From positions 5,664,001-5,728,000 of the forward strand of contig CBDCJH010000002.1 in assembly GCA_965217775.1 (NCBI GenBank): a DNA stretch of 64,000 bases, given 5' to 3'. Numbering within the stretch: position 1 is the first letter of the stretch; every line of letters starts with the position of its first letter. The notes under the pieces are model-generated. The model was not told the origin of the DNA, made no database searches, and worked only from the letters and a program-made list of their open reading frames with translations. The DNA is from Acidobacteriota bacterium (lineage in GTDB: Bacteria; Acidobacteriota; UBA6911; RPQK01; JAJDTT01). Made by a program: the position numbers and the translations under genes. Positions 1 to 9,571 of this stretch are shown here, one piece after another.

Positions 1-56
1 AAGAAGTCTCTTCGACTGGCGAGCCGGTAATCGAGGCAACCCACTTTTCTCAACAT
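1..56 (-). CDS. 5' end of a gene running off the window, probably DUF1501 family
   Basis: ATG at 56 preceded by an AAGGAG RBS; translates MLRKVGCLDYRLASRRDF, with an SRRDF motif like the N-terminus of the DUF1501 protein at 12680; follows a DUF1549/1553 gene. Confidence 0.55.
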   Translation of the reverse strand, partial: MLRKVGCLDYRLASRRDF

Positions 57-100
57 CGTTGGCTTCTCCTTGGGCGACTTCGCAAAAAGCCTAAAGGCGC

Positions 101-2698
101 TCAATGGTTATATGCAAACTCCCGGGAACTGATCAAAGCCCAGGTCAGATCCTGCAGGGTCGTCTTCCGGGACGGGCTCTCCTCGAGCAAACGCTCCAGG
201 CGATCGAAATCATCCTGGCTCGGAAGTCTGGTAAACGCCAGCAGATAAAGTTCTTCCACGATCTCTCTATTGGAGCGGCCGCTCCGGATCATCTGGTCCA
301 GCCGTCCGCCTTCGCGTCCCAGTTTTTCGTTGTAGGTCCGTCCCGAAAAGGAGTGCAGGGCCTGCAGCAGGGTGGGGCCGGTCCGGTTCGGCTTACCGGC
401 CCGGTCGTAGCGGCCATGGACTTCCATGAACATGCTGTGGTCGATGGACCAATTCTTCAGGTTCATGGCCCGGGTTCCCACCGGCTCATGACCTCTCGTC
501 GTATCCAGGTACTCCTCGTCGGTCACTCCGGTCACGAAAGAGATGGCATCGAGGAACAGCTCGGCGTCCAGCGGCCGGGGTTGGAAGTGGGAGTAGTTCG
601 TGGTGTCGTGCCGGTTCGTCTCGTTGGGGACCGAAGTCAGTTGATAGGCTCGTGAGCGGACGATGGTCCGGATCAGTTTCTTCAGATCGTGCCCCTGGTT
701 CCTGAAGTCATCAGCCAGGGCGGTGAGCAGATCCGGGTGCGAGGGGGGATTGGTGGACCGGAAGTCGTCCACCGGATCAACGATCCCTCGCCCGAAGAAA
801 TAACTCCAAATCCGGTTCACCGTTGCTTCCGCGAAGTGGGGATGTTCGGTGATCCATTCCGCCAGGGCCATCCGCGGATCGAACTGCCTTTCCGGGGGGA
901 GAGGGGTGCCGTCGGGCAAGGTCGCTTTCACTTCTTTCTTGGTGCGCGGATGAATGACCTTGGCGACATCCTCGGACTGGCCCCAGGCATAGTCCCGGCC
1001 GGCGGGGTTGTCGAAGATCACCATGTCGGACTCGTCAGACCATCCGACTTGAACCAGGCTGCCGAAGAACGCCGTCAGCCCCCAGAACTGGTCCTGGCTC
1101 CAACTGTCGAAGGGGTGGTTGTGACACTGAGCGCAATCCAGCCGGCGGCCCATGAAGAGTCGGATCTGCTCTCCCATCACCTGTTGGGGACCGGTGGGAT
1201 CGTTCTCGGTGGCGAACCTGGAGAAGTGCCGGGAGGGCCCGTCCCATCCCTGCGCGGAGATCCGTTCCCGAGCCATCTGGTCGTAGGGTTTTCCATCGAT
1301 GACGCTGTCTCGGATCCATTCCCAATACGCCGCGTTGAACTCGGTCGTGCCGCCGTTCACAAGGCGTCCCACTCGAAAGAGCTGGGAAAATCGGTACGTC
1401 CAGTAGTCGACGTATTCGGGGGAATCCAGCAGCGTCTCGATCAGTTTGTCCCGCTTCTGCGGGTCCTGCGAGGCCAGGAACTCGCGGACGCGGTTGGGCG
1501 GCGGCAGCGAGCCGGCCAGATCGAGACACACGCGCCTCAGAAACTCGGTGTCGCTCGAAAGGTCGGAAGGAACGATGTTGAAGCGCCTGAGTTTGCCGAA
1601 GACGTATTCGTCGATGTAGTTCTCTTCGGAAACGGCCGGATAGTTCGGAATCAGGTCCGTGATCACGCCGGCGAGCGCGCTGACCGCCTGGCCCGCAGCG
1701 CGGATCATGATTGCCGTCTCGCCTTTGGCGACCGCCTTCACCGTTCCGTCGCCGCCCACGCTCACGATCGCCGGATTGATGGAGGAGTAGAGCACCTGGT
1801 CGCTGATATCCTGGCTCCGGCCGTCCGAAAGGTGAGCCATCACGACGAGTTGCTGGGTTCCTCCCGGCTCCAGCACGAACTTCCTCGGGAACACCTCAAC
1901 GCCGTCGACTCCGGCGGACCCTTTATCGGTCTCCTCACCGAAGGGGGCCCCCGCTTGAATCCAACCCAGTATGGTCCGGTAATCGGGAGAGTCGAGGGAA
2001 AACTTGGGCCCGCCGCCGTGAGCCACGGCCATGGTCGGCTTCGCCAGCAGCAAGCTCTTCTCCGGTTCCTTCAAGTCGATCCGGGGAACCTTCGGGTCGT
2101 CCGATTTGTCCGTGAGGACATGGAAGATGCCGCCCTCCAGGATCCACTTGTAGTCGTCCTCGGGGTAGAGGGAGTTCTGCGAGAGCTTGAATCCGCCCTG
2201 CCCCTTGACGCCGCCGTGGCAGTCGCTGCTGTTGCAGCCGTGTTTGGTGAGAATCGAGCCGACGTCCCGGGTGAAACTGAAGGTCTTCTCCCGGACCAGG
2301 TCCTGGACCCGGATCGCCGCTTCTGCGGCGTGTCCCTCGATCTCCACCCGGACTCGGGTCTCGCCCTGGGAGACGCCGACGATTCGGGAAGATCCCTCGA
2401 TCTTGGCGACCTCGTCGTCCGCCACGTCGAAACTGCTACGCGACGTCACGTCTCGTTGCAGCCCGTCGGAGAAGGTGCCGAGCACCACGAATCGCTGTGA
2501 AGGATCCGCTCCCCTCAGGTCCACATCATCGGGGAACATTTCGATGGAGACGAGGGTCAGGGCGTGGCTGCTGGCCGGCCGCAACGGTTCTCCCTGGGGA
2601 GAGGCCGCCGACAGGCCCAGGACGACGGCCAGCACCAACAGCATGACCGTTGGTGATCCGTCGAAGCCGGTCGCGAATTTCAGCTTTTCCAGTCTCAC
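101..2698 (-). CDS. DUF1549/DUF1553 (PSD1-type) protein with Ig-like domains
   Basis: Signal peptide; CNSSDCHGG, FLRRVCLDLAG, CAQCHNHPFD, VNRIWSYFFGRGIVDPVDD, PSHPDLL; ends WALISSREFAYNH. True start may be the Met at about 2645. Confidence 0.9.
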   Translation of the reverse strand: MRLEKLKFATGFDGSPTVMLLVLAVVLGLSAASPQGEPLRPASSHALTLVSIEMFPDDVDLRGADPSQRFVVLGTFSDGLQRDVTSRSSFDVADDEVAKIEGSSRIVGVSQGETRVRVEIEGHAAEAAIRVQDLVREKTFSFTRDVGSILTKHGCNSSDCHGGVKGQGGFKLSQNSLYPEDDYKWILEGGIFHVLTDKSDDPKVPRIDLKEPEKSLLLAKPTMAVAHGGGPKFSLDSPDYRTILGWIQAGAPFGEETDKGSAGVDGVEVFPRKFVLEPGGTQQLVVMAHLSDGRSQDISDQVLYSSINPAIVSVGGDGTVKAVAKGETAIMIRAAGQAVSALAGVITDLIPNYPAVSEENYIDEYVFGKLRRFNIVPSDLSSDTEFLRRVCLDLAGSLPPPNRVREFLASQDPQKRDKLIETLLDSPEYVDYWTYRFSQLFRVGRLVNGGTTEFNAAYWEWIRDSVIDGKPYDQMARERISAQGWDGPSRHFSRFATENDPTGPQQVMGEQIRLFMGRRLDCAQCHNHPFDSWSQDQFWGLTAFFGSLVQVGWSDESDMVIFDNPAGRDYAWGQSEDVAKVIHPRTKKEVKATLPDGTPLPPERQFDPRMALAEWITEHPHFAEATVNRIWSYFFGRGIVDPVDDFRSTNPPSHPDLLTALADDFRNQGHDLKKLIRTIVRSRAYQLTSVPNETNRHDTTNYSHFQPRPLDAELFLDAISFVTGVTDEEYLDTTRGHEPVGTRAMNLKNWSIDHSMFMEVHGRYDRAGKPNRTGPTLLQALHSFSGRTYNEKLGREGGRLDQMIRSGRSNREIVEELYLLAFTRLPSQDDFDRLERLLEESPSRKTTLQDLTWALISSREFAYNH

Positions 2699-2719
2699 GG
2701 TGCCTTTTCCTGGGAACTC

Positions 2720-4594
2720 CTACCGCTTTGAGGCGAGCTGTTGCTTTTCCTCATTTCCATCCACCAGCAGAGGGAGCGTGGCGATGGCGAAGGCCTCGCC
2801 CAGCTTGCCCCCCTTGATCGGCCGGGCCGTCAAATCGATGAGCCAGGGGCTGCGCGACGGCAAGGCGTTGGAATCCGCCAGCAGCGCGACTGTGGCCTTC
2901 TGGTTGGATGCCCTGAAACGTTTCTGATCCTTCAATGGGGGCAGGTCCTCCGTCGACCGGCTCTGTTTCGGGCTTGCAACCACCGGAAACGCCTTCACGC
3001 CGGGTGGAAGGTTTTCGACGCTGAGCAGGACGTCGCCTTGGAATCCCTCTTCCAGATCCACCGACAGTTCCAGCGTACTCACCTGTCCCGGAGTGACCCG
3101 AACGTGATCTTCTTCGGGACGAATCGCTCCGACATGTGGAACCTGGTCCCGGACCAGCAGTCTGTACCTGAAATCGGAGCCTCCCTTCCGGGAGGTTATG
3201 TCGCGAACCTGGAGGGTGTACTCGCCCCCCTTTTCGAAGCTGTAGGTGGTCTTGGCCTCCAGGTACTTGACGACGAAGTTCCCGCTCCTGCCCCAGACTT
3301 TATTGAGGTTTTCGACGACTTCCTCGCCGTCGGCGCTCATGACCTTCATCCAGGGGACGAAATAAGAGGGTTTCCTGAGCGAGGTCTCGATCTCGAAGGC
3401 CACGAGGGCTCCGTCGGCGACTTTGAACTTGAAGGTGTCGATGTCACCAGGCCCGCCGATGGTCCCTTCCAGAGCCGCGGGGATGGCCCGCACGTCGAGG
3501 GCTTGAGCCAACTGGTCATTCGGCTCTTGCTCGGCGAACGATTCGAACGAGATGCCTCCGCCGGAAGCCTCGTCCGGTTCTTCCCGGACGCTCCTGGCCT
3601 GCAGTCTCTCGATCCAATCCGCTTCGATCTTCCGGCCGAAGTCCCGTTCGGAAACCATGGGCACGAGGGACTGGGCAGCTTCTCCCGCCCAGGTCCATTT
3701 CAGGGGGCCCTCGTGGGCCGGCCGATCGGGTTGGAAGGCACAGGATGCCTCCCCGGAATTCCCGCCGGGGAAAACCTTCAACTGGTAGCCGGGATTGTCG
3801 AACATCCCGACCTTGCCCGAGACCTCCGCCACGGCCAGAAAGAATTCGCCGTCTTTGGGGAATCTGTAGACCAAGGTCGGCCGATGCTGCATGGGGTCAT
3901 TGATGACCAACCGATGATCGCGGTTGGGGTCGAACCAACTGCCTCCCCGCTCATGGATGCTCAGCTTCGGCCGCATCGTCCAAAGGCCGAGCGGAGCGGT
4001 ACTCGAGAAGAAGTCCACTTGGAAACAGAGGACCTCGTCGCGGGTTGCCTGCAAACGATAGAAGTCCACTTCGCCCAGTTCCGGCAGGCTGCCCTGAACC
4101 ACGGAAGGAAAGGAGTCGATGGGTTGGGCGGTGTCCAACTCGTTGTGTTGGGTGCCGATTTCGCGAACGTTGGGCTCGGACGTGACGCGGAACCTCAGGG
4201 GATTGGAAATCCCGCCGGGGGTCACGGCCCGGAAATAATGGGCTCCAAATTCGGCGTCGGGGGCGATGCGAACCTTCAGGAGCGCCCGGTATTTCCCCTG
4301 ATAGGGACCGGCCTCGGAGCCCTTTTCCGGTTCGGCGCCGTCTTTTTTGGCTTCCTCGGTCCGTTCCAGATTCAGGATCTCCGCCTCCACCTCATCGCAA
4401 TAGAACCAAGCCACCTGAAGCGGGTCCAGAAACTTGCCGCGAAGCTCGACTTCGAGCGTCTCCCCGGCCTGTCCTCCCAGGGGATACAGGGAGATCAGCT
4501 TGGGCCTGGCAGGTGGATCCGCGGCTTCGAGTTGAACCGAAAGGAAAGCCAGAATCAGAAGAGCTGGAATGGACCGCATAATAGGGATCTCCAC
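2720..4594 (-). CDS. Secreted PPC (pre-peptidase C-terminal)-repeat protein of the type found with DUF1549 genes
   Basis: Signal peptide; YPLGGQAGETLEVELRG, GGISNPLRFRV, EQEPND...AQ, GDIDTFKF, YRLLV. Confidence 0.75.
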   Translation of the reverse strand: MEIPIMRSIPALLILAFLSVQLEAADPPARPKLISLYPLGGQAGETLEVELRGKFLDPLQVAWFYCDEVEAEILNLERTEEAKKDGAEPEKGSEAGPYQGKYRALLKVRIAPDAEFGAHYFRAVTPGGISNPLRFRVTSEPNVREIGTQHNELDTAQPIDSFPSVVQGSLPELGEVDFYRLQATRDEVLCFQVDFFSSTAPLGLWTMRPKLSIHERGGSWFDPNRDHRLVINDPMQHRPTLVYRFPKDGEFFLAVAEVSGKVGMFDNPGYQLKVFPGGNSGEASCAFQPDRPAHEGPLKWTWAGEAAQSLVPMVSERDFGRKIEADWIERLQARSVREEPDEASGGGISFESFAEQEPNDQLAQALDVRAIPAALEGTIGGPGDIDTFKFKVADGALVAFEIETSLRKPSYFVPWMKVMSADGEEVVENLNKVWGRSGNFVVKYLEAKTTYSFEKGGEYTLQVRDITSRKGGSDFRYRLLVRDQVPHVGAIRPEEDHVRVTPGQVSTLELSVDLEEGFQGDVLLSVENLPPGVKAFPVVASPKQSRSTEDLPPLKDQKRFRASNQKATVALLADSNALPSRSPWLIDLTARPIKGGKLGEAFAIATLPLLVDGNEEKQQLASKR

Positions 4595-4809
4595 ACGCGT
4601 ACGACTGAGCGGAATTTTATATCAGCAGCCGTGGGGAATACAACCAGGGGCGTCCGGCGTCAAATCCCGGATCCCGGTGGCTGGATATCCACCGTCGCGG
4701 CCCTCTTCACGCAGGCTTGATTCCGTCGCCGAAAGCCGGGGCGGAAAATGGGTGCGGTCACCGCTCGCCCGGGGGCCGCCTTCCCAATGAGATCTCCCGT
4801 AGGGAGATC

Positions 4810-5056
4810 GTAATTTTGAATTAATAACAGCAGATCATCGGAGGAAAGAATTATAAAAAGAGGTATAAGTACAACTATAATAAATCTCGGAATAAATATT
4901 TGTACATATAATAAAAGAAAGGGCAGATCGATTAATATCGTGCGTCTTAAACTTCGATCCAGACGATGTTCATCAGAAATTAGTTAAACATGAACTGAAT
5001 ATTATGTAGGAATCGACTCACTTATCGAATAGAGTCGTAAAAACAATTATAATTGT
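4810..5056. other. Strongly AT-rich intergenic segment
   Basis: About 250 bp visibly A/T-dominated in a GC-rich background; flanked by short palindromes GATCTCCC-GTA-GGGAGATC and ACAATTATAATTGT. Confidence 0.7.
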
Positions 5057-6079
5057 CTATCTCGAGGTTCCAGCCAGGCGGTAGATTCGCTGGACGTTCC
5101 CTCCGAGGATGAGGCTCAGATCCTCCTGGGACATGTAGGGGCAGTTGTTTTTCAGGTAGTGGAAACGCCGGGAGTACTCGGCCGGACTGCGCAGGCCCGT
5201 CTTGACGAATTCCGAACCCCAGGCCAGCCGCCTGGGACCGAAGTTGTCGTAGAAGCTCTTGAGGACGACGTCGTTGGGTCCATAATTCAGGTGCACCGGG
5301 AGAATCCCAAGGATCACGTTGTGTTCCTTGACCAGCCGGACGGCCGCTTCCGGGAGCTGGACCGAGTTGTCCGGCTGCAGGCACGGCTTCGGTGGGATGC
5401 CATGGACGATCATGACCGTAAGGTCGGGAAATTTCTTGAGGAGCCGCAGGAGAATGGGCCACAGACTCTCGAAATTGGACCCGTAGCCGATGGAGGGACT
5501 GCCGGTGTAAGTGACGAAGGAGACGGGAATCTTCAGTGAGGTCACCGCCTTCCACAGGGGATCGTACTTGGAAGTGGCCAGGCTGTCGTGGCCATCGGAG
5601 CCCGGAGGAGGATCGTAGTACAACCCTCGGAACCCCCAATCTTCGACGTAGTGGTGAAGCTTGTCGACTTGTTCACTCGTGTATGCCTTCTGCTCGTCGA
5701 GCTTGCACACGGCAATGAATCTGTTGGGGAACTCTCGCAGGACTCGGGCCTGATACTTGTTGGCCCACACTCTGAGCGTGTGAAGCACCGCCATGTCCAC
5801 GCCGGTTGCATCCATCACTTCAATCAGTTCGCGGGCAGACAGCCCGAGCTTGGAGTTGGTGATCTCGAAGATGGTGCGATCCAGTTGTGGATCGTAGCCC
5901 TCCACGAGGTCCTCGGGCTTCAGGGCGCCGACGTGTCCGTGGTTGTCGATGACCAGGGCGGGTTTTCCAACAGGCCCTTTAGCAGACGCCCGTGTCGTGA
6001 ATGACCTCCCGTACATCGCAGGGGTGAGGAAAGCGGTCCCGAGAAACCTGCGGCGGTTCCATCCCGGTTTCGGATTCAT
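5057..6079 (-). CDS. Tat-exported amidohydrolase (amidohydrolase_2-like)
   Basis: RRRFL twin-arginine signal; IDNHGH metal-binding motif; FGPRRLAWGSEF and ILGGN motifs; GGAGG RBS. Confidence 0.85.
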   Translation of the reverse strand: MNPKPGWNRRRFLGTAFLTPAMYGRSFTTRASAKGPVGKPALVIDNHGHVGALKPEDLVEGYDPQLDRTIFEITNSKLGLSARELIEVMDATGVDMAVLHTLRVWANKYQARVLREFPNRFIAVCKLDEQKAYTSEQVDKLHHYVEDWGFRGLYYDPPPGSDGHDSLATSKYDPLWKAVTSLKIPVSFVTYTGSPSIGYGSNFESLWPILLRLLKKFPDLTVMIVHGIPPKPCLQPDNSVQLPEAAVRLVKEHNVILGILPVHLNYGPNDVVLKSFYDNFGPRRLAWGSEFVKTGLRSPAEYSRRFHYLKNNCPYMSQEDLSLILGGNVQRIYRLAGTSR

Positions 6080-6213
6080 GTTCTGGCCTCCTTGAATGGT
6101 TGGACTCCCTTTCCGTCCCCGCTGCCCTGGGCCGCGGCCACGATGCCTTTCCCGAGTTCCGATTCTACGCGATTGCGGATGGGATCAGGCAACTGTTGTG
6201 CGGCCGGAGCGAC

Positions 6214-6268
6214 GTAGGTGCCCGCTGTCGCCCCTTACTGCTCGGCCCGGGGAGGGCGACCACACAAG
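6214..6268. repeat. REP/REPIN-like pair; the second REP is interrupted by IS481
   Basis: GTAGGTGCCCGCTGTCGCCCC...GGGCGACCACACAAG; the remainder GGTCGCCCCTAC is at 9499-9510; similar sequence at about 22739-22788. Confidence 0.65.
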
Positions 6269-6459
6269 TGTTTGGTATCAAGACATCCTTTACAAGTTGT
6301 ATCAGGACATCCTTTACAGCTGGTCCATGGCCGTTGTGTCAATGACCATCGAAAATTGCACACTTCGGGCCATCGAGAACTGCATACATCGCAGGAGCCC
6401 CGCCTTCTCGGTCCGGAGTCCTCTGGGCGAACCGCTCGCGCGGTCGTCGGATGGATCGT

Positions 6460-6655
6460 CCTGGAGCGTTCCGCGGGGCGGCGTCGCCGGTCGCTGTGGC
6501 CGCAGGACAAGTCTCGGTCCAGAAGGGCCGCCACCACCCCCCAGGATCTGGTCCCAGGGCGCAAGACCCGGGTTCCAGGTCAGCTCCGTCGAGGTCGGCT
6601 CGTCACGCCGGTTCCCCCGTTGGACCAACCGAACCGCGCCGCTCGGGCGGACCGG
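6460..6655 (-). pseudogene. istB: istB 3' fragment (second copy)
   Basis: Direct repeat of about 7125-7322; translates RRDEPTSTELTWNPGLAPWDQILG, like the IstB C-terminal RRYERASTxLTSNxxFxxWGxILG motif. Confidence 0.6.
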
Positions 6656-6815
6656 TAGGTTGAAGGGATCGCGTTTGGGTGGACGGTTGGGTCATCTGGT
6701 TCAAGTGGGTCTCGGTGGTCATTCCGCTTCGGTCAGGGGGAGGCAGGGCGGCTGCCGGTTGCAGCCAAGGGCGGGATCACGTCCATGCAAAACAGAGCCG
6801 GCGGGGGTCTGCAAC

Positions 6816-6859
6816 AGCGAGCCTGGGGCGCCGGGTGCACCCGGCGCCCCAGGCTCGCT
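6816..6859. repeat. Perfect 44-bp palindrome with no loop
   Basis: AGCGAGCCTGGGGCGCCGGGTG|CACCCGGCGCCCCAGGCTCGCT. Confidence 0.95.
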
Positions 6860-7129
6860 CCGAATCGCACCGACGGCCGGCGTGACGGTTCCGGACGCTG
6901 GGGACAGGCCGGAATCCCGGCCCTGTCAATCGGCCGCAAAAATGGCATCCATCGCGGGAGACCCCGTAGCCGGCCGGGGTCCCGTCATGCCCCCCTCCTT
7001 CCCGCTCCCGCAGCCCTGGGCGGACCGTGTCCATGGCCATTGAGAAGGGACGGCCTTCAGGACACGGTTGCTCCGACGGCGAGAGCTTCACCCCATCTTC
7101 GGAGGGCGCCCGGATGGCGCCCCCTTGGA

Positions 7130-7560
7130 GAGCTCGGCGGCACGGCGCCGCCGGTCGCTGTGGCCGCAGGGCCGAACCCGGTTCACCAGCACCGCCATCA
7201 CCTGCTCTCCCAGGATCTGGCCCCAGGGCTCAAGAGCCGGGTTCCAGGTCAACTCCGTCGAGGTCGGCTCGTCACGCCGGTTCCCCCGTTGGACCAACCG
7301 AACCGCGCCGCTCGGGCGGACCCTAAGGGTGCCGATCTCCTCCCCCTCCAGGGGTGCCGGACGGATCCGGGTCTTGGACGTTGGCCCCGCGGAGGGCTCG
7401 AGACGTTGGGCCCACCCCGGGCGGACCCCGCAAGACGAGGTTCTCCCTTCGCTCCACGAAGCCCAGCTCGTCGAGCGAGTCGATCGGCTCCCGCTGAATC
7501 GATCGCTGGAGGCTGAAGTCGAAGTCCGGGGACGGCGTTTCGCGTCCACCCTCCTCGGCC
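7130..7560 (-). pseudogene. istB: istB ATPase pseudogene (frameshifted, internally deleted)
   Basis: DFDFSLQRSIQREPIDSLDELGFVERRENLVLRGPPGVGPT (decayed Walker A) in one frame; WGQILGEQVMAVLVNRV in another. Confidence 0.75.
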
Positions 7561-7786
7561 GCTTCGTCGCCGGTGACGGGAACGCCCTCGGCTCCGGCAG
7601 TGAAACGAACCTGAGTCCGGCCAAGATGCCCCAGCAGTTCGCCATTCCCGCTCCCGTTCGAACCGGCCCCCCGGCCGCTCCGCCACGCCGAGCTCTCCAG
7701 GGCGATCCATCCGACCGCCGCCCGAGCGGTCGGCGCACAGGAATCCGGAGCCGAAAGGAGGGAGGCATGAAGGGACCAGATCCGGC

Positions 7787-7838
7787 CGCTGGAGACCCCG
7801 TGGCGGTCGCGGCCGCGACCGCCACGGGGTCTCCAGCG
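7787..7838. repeat. Perfect 52-bp palindrome with no loop
   Basis: CGCTGGAGACCCCGTGGCGGTCGCGG|CCGCGACCGCCACGGGGTCTCCAGCG. Confidence 0.95.
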
Positions 7839-8247
7839 ATGTGTGCAATGTTCAGTGGCCATTGACATTCAGGTCCCCCATCACCTCCATGAGCACCGAC
7901 GGCTGGCCCCACGGCAACCGGAAATCCGCTGCGGCCACACCGGGCGGGTGACCCCCAGGCGGCTTGATCCAGTGACCGACCGGCCGGCGGCGGACTCCCC
8001 ACGGCCATGCGATCGCGGCCTGGCGCCTCCCCCGTCCCCGATCGTCTCGCACCAGCCCCCTCTCGTCGCTCCCCAACCGGGCGTCTCCTGCGGGTCCTCC
8101 AGACGCTCCGCAGCCCCATCCCGGCCCCTCGGCGAATCTCTCGAACCCCTCCTTGTGGCTCCCCCCCCGAACGGCCTCGCCAGGAACCGGAAGGGGACCG
8201 TTCTCGACGGCCACTTCGGTGCCCTCCTCCCGCGCCGCCCACACCCT

Positions 8248-9399
8248 TCAGTCCTGCCCCACCCGCCAGACCAGAGCTCGCGTCTGCCGGGTCTGCAAGT
8301 GGACTTCACGGATGTACAGGTGCCGGTAGCGGACCAGCAGCTTGTCTTCCAACTCTTCCACGCCCACCCACTCCTCCGCCAAGGACTCACACACAAAGTA
8401 ACGGTCCCCGCCCGCGCTCAAACACCCCCGGCGATTGAGCCGTTTCACCTGCAGCCCCCGGGGATACTCCCAGGGAGCCGGGTCCCGATCGTAGCCACGC
8501 GTACTGCGACGGTAGTGTTGGGCCGGGACCTCCATCCGCAGCGACTCATGGGGTCGAACCTGATTGTATTCCTGGCGAAAGTCCTGCAGAAATCGCTCCC
8601 ACTCCTGCCACCGTTGCGGTCGCCCCCGGTGCGCCACCGAGTCGCTCAAAGTGCGATGAAATCGTTCCACCTTCCCCTGCGTCTGCGGGTGCCGGACTCG
8701 CCCGTAGATCAGGTCGATCCCTTGCTTGATCAATTCCACGCTCAATCGCGTCAGCCCCCATCCATTGCTGGTACTCCACCAAGGGGCCCCATGGTCCATC
8801 AGCATGGCCTCCGGCACTCCGTAGCCCTCAAAGGTCCTTCGTAGACAGGTTTGCACCGGATCCATTTGCGTGGTCGGCAAACCATACAACCCCACCGAAT
8901 ACCGCGAGCAGTCGTCCAGGATCGAGAGCGGATGACACGGCCCTTCGGGGCCCTGAAACGGCCCCTTGAAGTCCATTTGCCACAACTCGTTGGGCTGGGA
9001 TCGTTCGAATCGTTGCGGTGCCGGCCGTTGCGCCTGGTATTCCCCCAACTCGCCCTGCCGCCGCAGAATCCGATTCACCGTCGGGACACTCAAGGACACG
9101 CCTTCGCGCTCCAGCAGCACCTGCAGCTTCTTGCCTCCCCACCCGTATTGCCGCCGCAGTTCCACCACCCGAGCTTCCACCGCCGCCGCCGTTCTCGCCG
9201 GACTGTGCCGGGGCCGCCGGGAGCGCTCCTCCAGTCCGGTCACGCTGTGGGCTTCCCGATACCTCTTCAGCCACTTGTAACCTGTCGGCCGACTGATCTG
9301 AAACTCCCGACACAGGGCGCTCATGTTGGCCCCAGGCTGCACGGCCCGAAGTACGAAACGGATCTTCTGATCCATCACATTCGTCACTTTCCAGGGCAT
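8248..9399 (-). CDS. IS481-family DDE transposase
   Basis: MPWK start after AGGAGG; HTH region (FQISRPTGYKWLKRY); WQMDFKG, DHGAPW, HPQTQGKVERFHRTL, YNQVRPHESL integrase core. Confidence 0.95.
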   Translation of the reverse strand: MPWKVTNVMDQKIRFVLRAVQPGANMSALCREFQISRPTGYKWLKRYREAHSVTGLEERSRRPRHSPARTAAAVEARVVELRRQYGWGGKKLQVLLEREGVSLSVPTVNRILRRQGELGEYQAQRPAPQRFERSQPNELWQMDFKGPFQGPEGPCHPLSILDDCSRYSVGLYGLPTTQMDPVQTCLRRTFEGYGVPEAMLMDHGAPWWSTSNGWGLTRLSVELIKQGIDLIYGRVRHPQTQGKVERFHRTLSDSVAHRGRPQRWQEWERFLQDFRQEYNQVRPHESLRMEVPAQHYRRSTRGYDRDPAPWEYPRGLQVKRLNRRGCLSAGGDRYFVCESLAEEWVGVEELEDKLLVRYRHLYIREVHLQTRQTRALVWRVGQD

Positions 9400-9571
9400 C
9401 TTCACCTCCTACCCAAAGAAGGCTACTTCTCACCCTGATGTGTAAAGGATGTCCTGATACAAACTGTAAACGATGTCCTGATACCGTACACACACAAGGG
9501 TCGCCCCTACATCTTCCCGTTTGGAGGGGGTTTTGGTAAAATCGCGGCAAATCCATATCGTTGAGTGACTT

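Larger units (their letters stand above)
6337..7867. mobile_element. Degenerate IS21-family remnant nested inside IS481
   Basis: Inverted termini TGTCAATGACCATCGAAAATTGCACAC (6337) and, on the minus strand from 7867, TGTCAATGGCCACTGAACATTGCACAC; internal istB-like fragments; no istA and no target duplication seen. Confidence 0.7.
6269..9490 (-). mobile_element. IS481-family element with about 1.9 kb of passenger DNA
   Basis: TGT...ACA ends; 50-bp imperfect inverted repeats at 6269-6318 and 9441-9490, each with two GTATCAGGACATCCTTTACA-like units; flanking 8-bp direct repeat CACACAAG (6261-6268, 9491-9498); intact transposase. Confidence 0.9.

Noticed and set aside
4810-5056. Replication origin
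   Set aside because: No TTATCCACA-like DnaA boxes seen and no dnaA, rep or par genes nearby
6269-6318. Tandem 24-bp repeats as a mini CRISPR array or iterons
   Set aside because: Only two units with no spacers, and mirrored at 9441-9490; these are IS481 terminal transposase-binding repeats
6096-8244. ORFs in and beside the IS481 cargo as real passenger genes
   Set aside because: Low-complexity Arg/Gly/Pro translations overlapping in all frames; only decayed istB pieces are recognisable. 7852-8244 may be a gene remnant, but I cannot assign it
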